Below, one piece after another: positions 10,636 through 19,889 of a DNA stretch of 64,000 bases (positions within the stretch are counted from its first letter, which is position 1; every line of letters starts with the position of its first letter). Source of the stretch: a bacterium (GTDB lineage Bacteria > Omnitrophota > Gorgyraeia > Zapsychrales > Zapsychraceae); assembly GCA_030429765.1 (NCBI GenBank), contig JAUIER010000008.1, positions 83,403-147,402 on the forward strand, in the 5' to 3' direction. Below the pieces are notes generated by a model. It saw only the letters and a program-made list of their open reading frames with translations. It ran no database searches and was not told the DNA's origin. Position numbers and translations under genes: made by a program.

Positions 10636-10792
10636 TTTGTTGGATGGAAGCTTCGAAGGAACAAGTTCTTATAACCATTTCATGAAGCACTTATTGGAAG
10701 CTTCGAAGGGACAAGTTTTTCTGATCCTTCCACAATGCGCTTGTTGAAAGCTTCGAAGAAATAGGTTTTTTTATCCTTCCAAAATCTTCAAT
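10636..10792. repeat. Three tandem ~52-bp direct repeats, each with a GGAAGCTTCGAAGG palindromic core
   Basis: Unit 1 ttggatGGAAGCTTCGAAGGaacaagtt..., unit 2 tattGGAAGCTTCGAAGGgacaagtt..., unit 3 tgttGAAAGCTTCGAAGaaatagg... They lie immediately 3' of the tRNA. Confidence 0.8.
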
Positions 10793-10802
10793 CCCATAAT
10801 CC

Positions 10803-11108
10803 CTACCTCGTTTTCTTCCCGCAAAATTTTTGATACAGAATCTGCATGATGTCTTTGACGGTTTGGTTATGGATGGAGTAGTAGAGGGTGCGGTGGTCCC
10901 GTCGGAAGGTCACGATATCTTCACTCTTTAACTTGGACAGGTGCTGGGACATGGACGTCTGAGCCATGCCGGTGGCCTCGATTAATTCACTGACACTTTT
11001 TTCTCCGTCCGCTAATTCACATAAAATCAAGAGGCGGTGTTGGCTGGCCAATCCTTTCAGGAAGCCGGCCGCCTGAGCTGCGTTTGGCCGCATATTTTCC
11101 ATAGACAT
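10803..11108 (-). CDS. ArsR/SmtB-family HTH transcriptional regulator
   Basis: LILCELADGEKSVSELIEATGMAQTSMSQHLSKL winged-HTH signature. Confidence 0.75.
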   Translation of the reverse strand: MSMENMRPNAAQAAGFLKGLASQHRLLILCELADGEKSVSELIEATGMAQTSMSQHLSKLKSEDIVTFRRDHRTLYYSIHNQTVKDIMQILYQKFCGKKTR

Positions 11109-11172
11109 TTTCCTTTCAAATATTAATAATTAATGATATCATAAAAATATAATATAATAAAGGAGAAAGACG
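11109..11172. promoter_or_regulatory. Divergent AT-rich promoter/operator region between arsR and the CMD gene
   Basis: aatattaataattaatgatatcat imperfect palindrome inside a 64-bp AT-rich spacer. Confidence 0.4.
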
Positions 11173-11514
11173 ATGACCAAAGATTATAAAACCATCACCA
11201 AGGATATTTCCGAGTATACCGCTGAATTGCGAAAGTCGGTGCCGGACGCGATGAACAGCTTTTACGCGCTCTCCAAGGCCGCCACGGCCGACGGCGCGCT
11301 GGATAAAAAGACCAAGGAGTTTATCGCCTTGGCCATTGGAGTGACGCAGCGTTGCGACGGATGTATCGGATTTCACGCCAAGGCGCTGAAGTCGCTGGGT
11401 GCCACCCGCGAGGAGATCGCTGAAGTCCTGGCCATGTGTGTATACATGGGTGGAGGGCCGGCCCTGATGTACGCGGCCGATACGCTGCGCGCCTACGATC
11501 AATTTTCCGAGTAA
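11173..11514 (+). CDS. Carboxymuconolactone decarboxylase (CMD)/AhpD-like family protein
   Basis: CxxC-containing motif RCDGCIGFHAKA and a 113-aa all-helical protein. Confidence 0.65.
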   Translation: MTKDYKTITKDISEYTAELRKSVPDAMNSFYALSKAATADGALDKKTKEFIALAIGVTQRCDGCIGFHAKALKSLGATREEIAEVLAMCVYMGGGPALMYAADTLRAYDQFSE

Positions 11515-11775
11515 CCCGCGGTCGGCCGACGGTTCGGCACTATCGTCGCGGGCCGGGATGAGTCCCCTGGACACGTTGATTTCTCGGTGTATGATCGCAT
11601 TCATAAAATCAATGCACCCAATTTATTATTTCGCCTTTACAAATGGATCGGAATATACGATAATCTCCACATAACGGCGCAAGTCCGAATGCTGATTATT
11701 TGTCCACCGGGAAACATCTCGGTCCGGGCAGCCAAGTCCCTTCGAATACAGCTCTCAAACCAGGAGGATTGATTT

Positions 11776-12651
11776 ATGAACGAAAGTGCGGGAAAACTCA
11801 AGGCAAGAAATTACTATGACCAGGAAGCCGAAGACTATATCAAGCAATACCGTGAAGGCTATGACCGGTATCCGCAGAATCTCATCCGCATTAAGTTTAT
11901 TATCGAACGCCTCAAAAAAATCAATGTGAAAACCGTTTTGGACGCGGGCTGCGGGACATGCGGTCCGATGATGCGTCTGATCAAGGAAGGTTTTGATGTG
12001 CGCGGTTTTGATTTTTCCGAAGACATGGTCAAGATGGGCCGTAAGGAACTCGAAGAGGCCGGGCACAGCGGCGATTTGATCCATTGGGCTGATTTGGAAG
12101 AAGGGACCGACCTGGGTGACAACCGCTTTGACGCCATGCTGGCGCTGGGTGTCTTTCCGCATATACTCGACGAGAAAAAGGCGCTGACCAATATGGGCAA
12201 GATGCTGAACCCGGGCGGATCGGTATTTATTGAGTTTCGCAATGATCTGTTTTCAGCATTCAGCATGAACAACTATTCCATCGATTTTTATCTGAACCGT
12301 TGTATCGATTTGGATGAAGTCCCTGAAGATTTAAGAAAAGACGTCACCGAGTTTTATACCAAACGGCTGCAGGTTGAACCGCCTGTCAAAGACGAAAGCG
12401 GTCAGCTCAGATATACAGACATCCTCGCCAAGTACAAGAATCCACTCACCATCGGCAAAGAACTATTCAAGCCATGTGATTTTGAGATCGAAGACATTCA
12501 CTTCTATCATTACCACGCCTTACCGCCGGCGTATGAAAAAACACACACCAAGATTTTCCGTGAATTAAGCATGAAAATGGAAAAAACCAACGATTGGCGT
12601 GGTTATCTGATGGCGTCCGCTTATGTTGTCGAAGCCAAAAAGCGCGGATAG
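11776..12651 (+). CDS. Class I SAM-dependent methyltransferase
   Basis: Motif I VLDAGCGTCGPMM; 291 aa. Confidence 0.65.
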   Translation: MNESAGKLKARNYYDQEAEDYIKQYREGYDRYPQNLIRIKFIIERLKKINVKTVLDAGCGTCGPMMRLIKEGFDVRGFDFSEDMVKMGRKELEEAGHSGDLIHWADLEEGTDLGDNRFDAMLALGVFPHILDEKKALTNMGKMLNPGGSVFIEFRNDLFSAFSMNNYSIDFYLNRCIDLDEVPEDLRKDVTEFYTKRLQVEPPVKDESGQLRYTDILAKYKNPLTIGKELFKPCDFEIEDIHFYHYHALPPAYEKTHTKIFRELSMKMEKTNDWRGYLMASAYVVEAKKRG

Positions 12652-12688
12652 GCCGGCCGGCGCTGCTGAAGCGAGCGCTGGGCAAGAG

Positions 12689-13945
12689 ATGTACGATTTT
12701 ATCAAGCGGCTGTTTCCGATCTGCCGGAGCCTGACGGGTGACGGTGTGCGCCAGACGCTCGATATTATCAAAGAGCACATTCCGATCCGGATCCACGAGG
12801 TGCCGACCGGTACCGCAGTGCTGGACTGGACGGTTCCCAAAGAGTGGAACATCCGCTCGGCGTATATTGAAGACGAACAGGGGCGGAGGATCGTCGATTT
12901 TGCCGACAACAATCTGCATGTGGTCGGCTATTCGGTCCCGGTGGACAAGACTGTCACGCTGGCCGAGCTGCAGGAGCATCTGTATTCACTGCCGGACCAG
13001 CCCGACGCCATTCCCTATATCACATCCTATTACAAAGAGCGTTGGGGGTTTTGCCTGACGCAGAGAGAACGCGATGCCCTCAAAGACGGTAACTACCGAG
13101 TGGTGATCGACAGCGATCTGTCCGACGGGTCCCTGACCTACGCTGAATTGATTGTCCCCGGCCAGACCCAGGAGGAGATTTTCCTGTCGACGTATGTTTG
13201 TCATCCGTCGATGGCCAATAATGAGCTGTCCGGACCAGCGGTGGCGACGTGGCTGGCGCGCTGGATCCTCGAGCAGCCGCGGCGTTACACTTACCGGGTG
13301 ATCTTTATTCCCGAGACCATCGGGGCGATAACTTATTTAAGCCGTCATCTGGAAACCATGCGACAGAAGGTGAAGGCCGGTTTCAACATTTCCTGTGTGG
13401 GAGACGATCGCGCGTATTCATATCTGCCGTCGCGTCCGGGCAACACATATGCCGATCGCGTCGCGTTGACCATTCTCGAATCGCGGCATCCGGATTTTAT
13501 CAAATATTCTTTTTTGGACCGCGGCAGCGACGAGCGGCAGTATAATGCGCCGGGTGTTGAGCTGCCGGTTTGCTGTATCATGCGCAGCAAGTACGGACAG
13601 TATCCGGAGTATCACACCTCACTCGACAATCTGGATCTGGTCAGTCCGGCCGGACTAGAGGGGGCTTATCAGGTCTTTAAAGATTGCCTGAGCCTGATCG
13701 AGGTCAATCACACCTACCGCATCAAATGTCTGGGCGAGCCGCAGTTGGGCAAGCGCGGGTTGTATCCCACTATCAGCACCAAATCGTCGTGGCGTGAGTC
13801 ACGCGACATGCTGAACTTTATCGCCTACGCCGACGGTCACAATGATCTGATCGATATCAGCCGTCACATCAATGTCCCGGTCTGGGATCTGTATCCGATT
13901 GTCCGTAAACTGGTCGACGCCGACCTGCTGGAACAGATTCAGTAG
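12689..13945 (+). CDS. Aminopeptidase-like domain protein (DUF4910/COG4310-like)
   Basis: Family-like N-terminus MYDFIKRLFPICRSLTGDG. The tool start at 12623 overlaps the upstream gene, so the ATG at 12689 is preferred. Confidence 0.5.
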   Translation: MYDFIKRLFPICRSLTGDGVRQTLDIIKEHIPIRIHEVPTGTAVLDWTVPKEWNIRSAYIEDEQGRRIVDFADNNLHVVGYSVPVDKTVTLAELQEHLYSLPDQPDAIPYITSYYKERWGFCLTQRERDALKDGNYRVVIDSDLSDGSLTYAELIVPGQTQEEIFLSTYVCHPSMANNELSGPAVATWLARWILEQPRRYTYRVIFIPETIGAITYLSRHLETMRQKVKAGFNISCVGDDRAYSYLPSRPGNTYADRVALTILESRHPDFIKYSFLDRGSDERQYNAPGVELPVCCIMRSKYGQYPEYHTSLDNLDLVSPAGLEGAYQVFKDCLSLIEVNHTYRIKCLGEPQLGKRGLYPTISTKSSWRESRDMLNFIAYADGHNDLIDISRHINVPVWDLYPIVRKLVDADLLEQIQ

Positions 13946-14105
13946 ACACATCCACCGGACGGATTATACGCTTGCACAATCAAGGGGAGCCGATATAATC
14001 GTAGAATAGTTCTCAACACAGAATCACACCGGATCACCGGATGAAAGGTTTTGCGGTGATCCTGCCGTTCAATCAAGCCTTAAACGGCGAGACATTCAAA
14101 CGTTT

Positions 14106-16226
14106 ATGCATTTTGTGTCCTCCAAAATATTCTCATTTGTTTCCTGCCTGATTATCATCACCCTGGGATTTGTCATTTATTCCAATTCTTTCAACAACGG
14201 GTTTCATTTCGATGATATGTTTTTTATCCTCAACAAGGCGCAGATCCGTGATCTGAGCGATCTGTCGGCGATCTGGAACGCGCATTCGCATCCGGCCCGG
14301 TTTATCGGGTTTTTATCATTCGCGCTGAATTATCATTTTCATCAATACAATGTCTTCGGGTATCACGTCGTTAACTGGCTGATCCATATCGCTAATGGCC
14401 TGATGGTCTGGTGGCTGGTTCATCTGCTGTTTCGAACCGACCGCCTCAAGTCGGACCCGTTGCGTATTTACGTGAGCTGGACATCGCTGCTGGCCGCGTT
14501 GATCTTTATCAGTCATCCGCTGCAGACCCAGGCGGTGACCTATATCACGCAGCGCTTCGCCTCGCTGGCCACTTTGTTTTACTTGCTGTCGGTGTGCACG
14601 TTTCTCAAGGCGCGATTGAGTTCGTCGCGCCTGTCGGGGGTGTGGTTCGCCCTGTGCGCGGTGTCGGCGCTCGCCGGAATGTTCACCAAGCAGATTGTAT
14701 TTACCCTGCCGTTGACGATCATTCTGATTGAGTTGATCTTTGTTAAGCCCAAGCAGATCAATTGGCGGTTGATCGGCATGGTCGCGCTGTTTTTATTGAT
14801 CGTGCCCGGGATATTTTCGTTTCGCGCGGATCAGTTTCTCAACATCAAGCACATGTCCGAGTCGCATGAGGGCGATCATTTGACGTCGGGCATTTATTTT
14901 CTGACACAATTGCGGGTTTTGATCACGTACTTGAGATTGCTCGTAGTACCCGTCGGGCAGAATCTTGATTATGATTATCCCGCGATCACGGATATCTTTG
15001 ACCCGCGGGTGTGGATCTGTTTTCTGGCGCTGAGCGCGCTATTTGTCGCGGGGCTGAGCAATCTGCGGCGCCGGCCGCTGATCGGGTTCGGGATCCTGTG
15101 GTTTTTTGTCACGATCAGCGTGGAGTCAACATTTATCACGATCAAGAACGTGATTTTTGAACACCGGCTGTATCTGCCGATGATCGGGGTGAGTTTGGTT
15201 GCGGTGTTTGGATTGCTCACAGCGGTCAAACGGATCCGGCCGGTGATCACGGTGTTCGCGGTGGTGATTGTGCTGTTTTCCGTGCTGACATATCAGCGCA
15301 ATTTTATTTGGCGCGACAGCATCACCCTGTGGACGGACGTCGTGCAGAAATCACCGAATAAGGCCCGGCCCTGGGTGAGCCTCGGTATCGCGTACATCCA
15401 GCAAGATAAATACGAAACGGCGTATGAGCATTTGACGCGCGCGCTCGAGATCAATCCCAAAGAATACAAGGCGCTGAATAATCTGGGTTTGATCTATGCC
15501 CGGCGCGGCGAGTTTAAAACGGCCGTGGATTATTACGATCAGGCGATCGCGGTCAATCCGCGCAGTCCGGTGACGCTCAACAATCGCGGCGACGCGTACC
15601 GGAATCTGGGCGAAGATCTCAAGGCCTTTGAAGATTTTAATCAGGCGGTCAGCCTCAATCCGTATTACGCCGAGGCCTTTGTGAATCGCGGGGTGTTTTA
15701 CGGACGGCGTGATCAGCGTCAGAACGCGCTGGAAGATTTCAATCAGGCCATCCGGCTGAATCCCACGCTGCCCGAGCCGTACAATAACCGCGGGATCGTG
15801 TACCAGCAGATGAACGAGCTCGACAAGGCCGAGCGGGACTTTGTGCGGGCGCTCAAGCTCAAGCCCGATTACGAAGAGGCCTTGTATAATCGCGGGAATG
15901 TGTACAAGGCGCGGGGTGAGTTCGACGCCGCGCTCACCGATTACCGTCAGGCATTAGTGCTTAAAAATAATTACTCCGAGGTGTATAATAACCGGGGTAT
16001 TATCCATGGAAGTCAGGGGAGAAATGATCTGGCGCTGGAGGATTTTAATCTGGCGATCCGGCATAATCCCGATTATTCGGCCGCGTACTTTAACCGGTCG
16101 CTGGTCCACATGAAGTCCGGGGCGTATCAGCAAGCCCTGGACGACACATTGAAGGCCCGGGCGCTGGGCAAGTCGGTCAATCCGATATATATCCAGCAAA
16201 TCCAAACATTAATTCAATCGCAATGA
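14106..16226 (+). CDS. Polytopic membrane protein with C-terminal TPR repeats (PMT/TMTC-like glycosyltransferase architecture)
   Basis: About 10 TM helices are followed by ~8 TPR units (repeated AxxYxNRG..Y....A..DFNQAI pattern). Confidence 0.6.
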   Translation: MHFVSSKIFSFVSCLIIITLGFVIYSNSFNNGFHFDDMFFILNKAQIRDLSDLSAIWNAHSHPARFIGFLSFALNYHFHQYNVFGYHVVNWLIHIANGLMVWWLVHLLFRTDRLKSDPLRIYVSWTSLLAALIFISHPLQTQAVTYITQRFASLATLFYLLSVCTFLKARLSSSRLSGVWFALCAVSALAGMFTKQIVFTLPLTIILIELIFVKPKQINWRLIGMVALFLLIVPGIFSFRADQFLNIKHMSESHEGDHLTSGIYFLTQLRVLITYLRLLVVPVGQNLDYDYPAITDIFDPRVWICFLALSALFVAGLSNLRRRPLIGFGILWFFVTISVESTFITIKNVIFEHRLYLPMIGVSLVAVFGLLTAVKRIRPVITVFAVVIVLFSVLTYQRNFIWRDSITLWTDVVQKSPNKARPWVSLGIAYIQQDKYETAYEHLTRALEINPKEYKALNNLGLIYARRGEFKTAVDYYDQAIAVNPRSPVTLNNRGDAYRNLGEDLKAFEDFNQAVSLNPYYAEAFVNRGVFYGRRDQRQNALEDFNQAIRLNPTLPEPYNNRGIVYQQMNELDKAERDFVRALKLKPDYEEALYNRGNVYKARGEFDAALTDYRQALVLKNNYSEVYNNRGIIHGSQGRNDLALEDFNLAIRHNPDYSAAYFNRSLVHMKSGAYQQALDDTLKARALGKSVNPIYIQQIQTLIQSQ

Positions 16227-16238
16227 AAGTGATCATTT

Positions 16239-18380
16239 ATGAGTGAAAAACATATTCAGAAAATTTCCACCGAGTTAAGCATTCCACTTCACAAAGTTCA
16301 GGCCACGACGGGATTGCTCGACGACGGCGCGACCGTGCCGTTTATTTCCCGCTATCGTAAGGAGGTCACGGGAAACCTGGACGAAGTCGCGATTACCGGC
16401 ATCCGCGACCGGCTCACTCAGTTGCGGGAGATCGACAAGCGCCGCGCCACCATCCTCGCCAGTATCAAGGAGCAGGGGAAACTCACCGACAAATTAAAAA
16501 AGAGCATCGAGGCCGCCGAGACACTCGCGGTGCTCGAAGATCTATATCTACCGTACAAACCCAAACGCCGGACCAAGGCGACCGTGGCCAAGGAAAAAGG
16601 ACTTGAGCCGCTGGCCAAGCTTATCTTTGAACAGCAGGGCATGTCGGCGCAGGAGCTGGAGGACGAGGCCAAGAAGTTCGTTGATAAAAAGAAGAAGGTC
16701 GAGGACACCGAGCAGGCCCTGGCCGGATCCCGGGATATTATTGCCGAGTGGATCAACGAGAATTCCAAGGCGCGGGCTGAGCTGCGTGAGGTCTATCAAG
16801 ACGAGGCCATCCTGTCATCGAAGGTGATTCGCGGTAAAGATGTGGAAGGGGTGAAGTTTCGCGACTATTTCAAATGGGAAGAGCGGGCCAGTGCGGCACC
16901 GTCTCACCGTATTCTGGCCGTCCGTCGCGGCGAGAAAGAAAAGATCCTGATGGTGCGGATGCACATTTCCGAAGACAAGGCCGTCGCGATTCTGGAGCGG
17001 ATGTTTGTGAAGGGCAAGGGGGCTGATTCGCGTCAGGTGATAATTGCCATTCCCGACAGTTTCAAAAGATTGCTGGCCCCGTCGCTGGAAACCGAATTGC
17101 GCCTCGAACTCAAGAAGCGCGCCGACGAAACCGCCATCGAGATCTTTGCCAACAATCTGCGTGAGCTGTTGATGGCCTCCCCGTTGGGTGAAAAGAATGT
17201 CATGGCCGTCGATCCGGGGTTGCGGACCGGATGCAAGATCGTTTGTCTGGATCAGCAAGGCAAGCTCTTGATCAATGAGACGATGTATCTGGTCGGCTCT
17301 GAAGATAAACGTGCGCAGGCCGAGGAGACCGTCCGTCGATTGTGTAAGGATTACAATATAGAGATTATCGCGGTCGGCAACGGTACGGCCAGCCGTGAAA
17401 CCCATCAGTTTATCAAGAAGATTGATTTGCCCGGCGACATTCCGGTGGTGATGGTCTCCGAAAGCGGCGCCTCGATCTACTCCGCGTCGGAGGTCGCGCG
17501 CGAGGAGTTTCCGGATTATGATGTCACGGTGCGCGGTGCGGTGTCGATCGGCCGCCGGCTGATGGATCCGTTGGCGGAACTGGTCAAGATCGATCCCAAA
17601 AACATCGGCGTCGGTCAATATCAGCATGACGTTGATCAAAAGCTGTTGCGTCAAAGTCTGGACGATGTGGTCATCAGTTGTGTGAACCAGGTCGGGGTCG
17701 AGATCAACACCGCGAGCAAGCAGTTATTGATGTATGTGTCCGGATTGGGTCCGACGAGGGCTCAGACGATTGTGGAGCATCGCAACGAACATGGTCCGTT
17801 CAAATCACGGGCCGAGTTTGATGATATCAAGGGATTGGGGGCCAAGGCCGTTGAGCAGGCGGCCGGGTTTTTACGCATCCGCGATGCCAAGAATCCGCTC
17901 GATACAAGCGCGGTGCACCCCGAGGCCTATCCCATCGTCGATCGGATGGCCCGCGATCTGGGCTGCAGCATCGAGGACTTGATGGCCGATGAAAACCTGC
18001 GCAAAAAGATCGATCTGCAGAAATACACCACCGACACCATCGGTCTGCCGACCTTAGTGGATATCAAGGAAGAGTTGGCCAAGCCTGGACGCGATCCGCG
18101 TGAACCGTTCCAGCTGTTTACATTCAAGGAAGGTGTCGAGACCATCGACGATCTGGAGCAGGGCATGAAGCTGACCGGGGTCGTCACCAACATCACGGCC
18201 TTTGGCGCGTTTGTGGATATCGGTGTTCACCATGACGGGTTGATCCACATCAGTGAGCTGTCGCATCGGTTTGTGAAGGATCCGCATCAGGTTGTGAAGG
18301 TGCATCAGAAGATCAATGTGGTGGTGTTGGATATCGATATGGAACGCAAGCGGATTGCGCTATCCGCCAAGCAGGCGTGA
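16239..18380 (+). CDS. tex: Transcription accessory protein Tex (YqgF/HhH/S1 domains)
   Basis: N-terminus ISTELSIPLHKVQATTGLLDDGATVPFISRYRKEVTG; C-terminal S1 domain. Confidence 0.85.
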   Translation: MSEKHIQKISTELSIPLHKVQATTGLLDDGATVPFISRYRKEVTGNLDEVAITGIRDRLTQLREIDKRRATILASIKEQGKLTDKLKKSIEAAETLAVLEDLYLPYKPKRRTKATVAKEKGLEPLAKLIFEQQGMSAQELEDEAKKFVDKKKKVEDTEQALAGSRDIIAEWINENSKARAELREVYQDEAILSSKVIRGKDVEGVKFRDYFKWEERASAAPSHRILAVRRGEKEKILMVRMHISEDKAVAILERMFVKGKGADSRQVIIAIPDSFKRLLAPSLETELRLELKKRADETAIEIFANNLRELLMASPLGEKNVMAVDPGLRTGCKIVCLDQQGKLLINETMYLVGSEDKRAQAEETVRRLCKDYNIEIIAVGNGTASRETHQFIKKIDLPGDIPVVMVSESGASIYSASEVAREEFPDYDVTVRGAVSIGRRLMDPLAELVKIDPKNIGVGQYQHDVDQKLLRQSLDDVVISCVNQVGVEINTASKQLLMYVSGLGPTRAQTIVEHRNEHGPFKSRAEFDDIKGLGAKAVEQAAGFLRIRDAKNPLDTSAVHPEAYPIVDRMARDLGCSIEDLMADENLRKKIDLQKYTTDTIGLPTLVDIKEELAKPGRDPREPFQLFTFKEGVETIDDLEQGMKLTGVVTNITAFGAFVDIGVHHDGLIHISELSHRFVKDPHQVVKVHQKINVVVLDIDMERKRIALSAKQA

Positions 18381-18734
18381 GACCTTGTCCAGCAGCTGAT
18401 CACGTTCAAACGGTTTGATCAGATAATCATCCGGACGGATCAGGCGGGGATTGCCGCCGGTCGGGCTTTTCATCGTGGCCTGGGCGGTGCACATCAGGAC
18501 GGCCACATGCTCGGTCGCCGGATCAGACTTGATGCGGTGGGTTAACACATCGCCGTTTTGACCGGGCAGCCGGTAGTCGGTGATGACCAGATGGACCGGG
18601 TTGGAGCCGAGCGTCACCAGCGCGTCTTCGGCGTTGGCCGCGCAGAGCACCTGAAAGCCGCGTTTGTTGAGCAGATTACTGGTCAGCTCGATGATCTCCC
18701 GTTCGTCATCGACAATTAAGATACTTTGGGTCAT
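18360..18734 (-). CDS. Single-domain response regulator receiver (CheY-like)
   Basis: ILIVDDE...D...K receiver motifs; 124 aa; convergent with tex. Confidence 0.65.
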   Translation of the reverse strand: MTQSILIVDDEREIIELTSNLLNKRGFQVLCAANAEDALVTLGSNPVHLVITDYRLPGQNGDVLTHRIKSDPATEHVAVLMCTAQATMKSPTGGNPRLIRPDDYLIKPFERDQLLDKVSRLLGG

Positions 18735-18904
18735 GCTGGTCTCCTGTCAGCTCAATTTATCAGCAAATTCCCGCGGGATCAACCGCAATCCGATCTAGTT
18801 TATATTGACAACCCATGTCAGGGAATGTAACATAAACCTCAGTCGCGCAGAATTTTGTCGTATTCTTCAAATTTTATCCACCCGATCAACCATCAGGTTT
18901 ATTT

Positions 18905-19885
18905 ATGCGAAAATTCGCCGCAGGTGTTTTGCTTTTATTGACGATATTCGGCAGCACGCCCGTGCTGTTGGCTCAAGATGACGCCGTACCGGCGGAGGTG
19001 CCGGCCGAGATCACCCTGGACAAGGTCCGCAACATCTTCACCGAAGATGTGTATCAGAAAAAGATCGTCCAGACCCTGTTTGTCATCGCCTCGAGCTATT
19101 TTCTGCTGTTTGTCCTGATCAAGTTCATCAACACGCGGGTCAAGGATATCAAGGCCCGTCACACCGTCCGCAAAAACAGTGTCTATATCATCACGTTTGT
19201 CGTTATCATCTCGGTTATTTTTATCTGGATCCAAAATCTCAATTATCTGACGATCTTTCTGGGCGTCGCCGGGGCGGGGCTCGCGCTGGCCCTGCAGGAG
19301 GTTATCCTGAGTATTGCCGGCTGGGTGCTGATCCTGGTGCGCCGGCCGTTTGAGATCGGCGAGCGCATCGAGATTAACGGCGTCAAGGGCGACATTATTG
19401 ATATACGGCTGTTCCAGACGTCGATGCTGGAGATCGGCAATTGGGTGGCGGCGGACCAGAGCACCGGCCGCATTGTGAATATCCCCAACAGTTTTGTGTT
19501 TAAGACGCAGAACTACAACTACAGCCGGGGATTTGAATTTATCTGGAATGAGATCCCGATCCTGCTGACATTTGAAAGCGACTGGAAGGTCGGACGGGAC
19601 ATCATGATCTCGCACGCGCGTAAATATGCCGAAGGGCTGGAGGACAATGTCCGGCGTAAGATCGACGCGATGCGCAACCGTTACATGATCTTTTACGGCA
19701 AACTCACACCGATTGTGTATGTCAATATCAAAGACAGCGGGGTGGAGTTGACGTTACGATACCTTACCGAGGCAAAGAAGCGGCGGTACACGCAGGATAT
19801 GTTATGCCAGGCGATACTCGACGAATTTGATAAGCACCCGAATGTCAATTTTGCTTATCCAACCTACAGAATTGTAAAGGAATAA
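18905..19885 (+). CDS. Mechanosensitive ion channel (MscS family)
   Basis: TM helices plus the GERIEINGVKGDIIDIRLFQT beta-domain motif. Confidence 0.7.
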   Translation: MRKFAAGVLLLLTIFGSTPVLLAQDDAVPAEVPAEITLDKVRNIFTEDVYQKKIVQTLFVIASSYFLLFVLIKFINTRVKDIKARHTVRKNSVYIITFVVIISVIFIWIQNLNYLTIFLGVAGAGLALALQEVILSIAGWVLILVRRPFEIGERIEINGVKGDIIDIRLFQTSMLEIGNWVAADQSTGRIVNIPNSFVFKTQNYNYSRGFEFIWNEIPILLTFESDWKVGRDIMISHARKYAEGLEDNVRRKIDAMRNRYMIFYGKLTPIVYVNIKDSGVELTLRYLTEAKKRRYTQDMLCQAILDEFDKHPNVNFAYPTYRIVKE

Positions 19886-19889
19886 GACC

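Noticed and set aside
11116-11604. 162-aa minus-strand ORF overlapping the CMD/AhpD-like gene
   Set aside because: The plus-strand frame has the conserved CxxC CMD motif; the minus frame has none.
16815-17654. 279-aa minus-strand ORF inside tex
   Set aside because: It is antisense to a confidently identified Tex gene and has no motifs.
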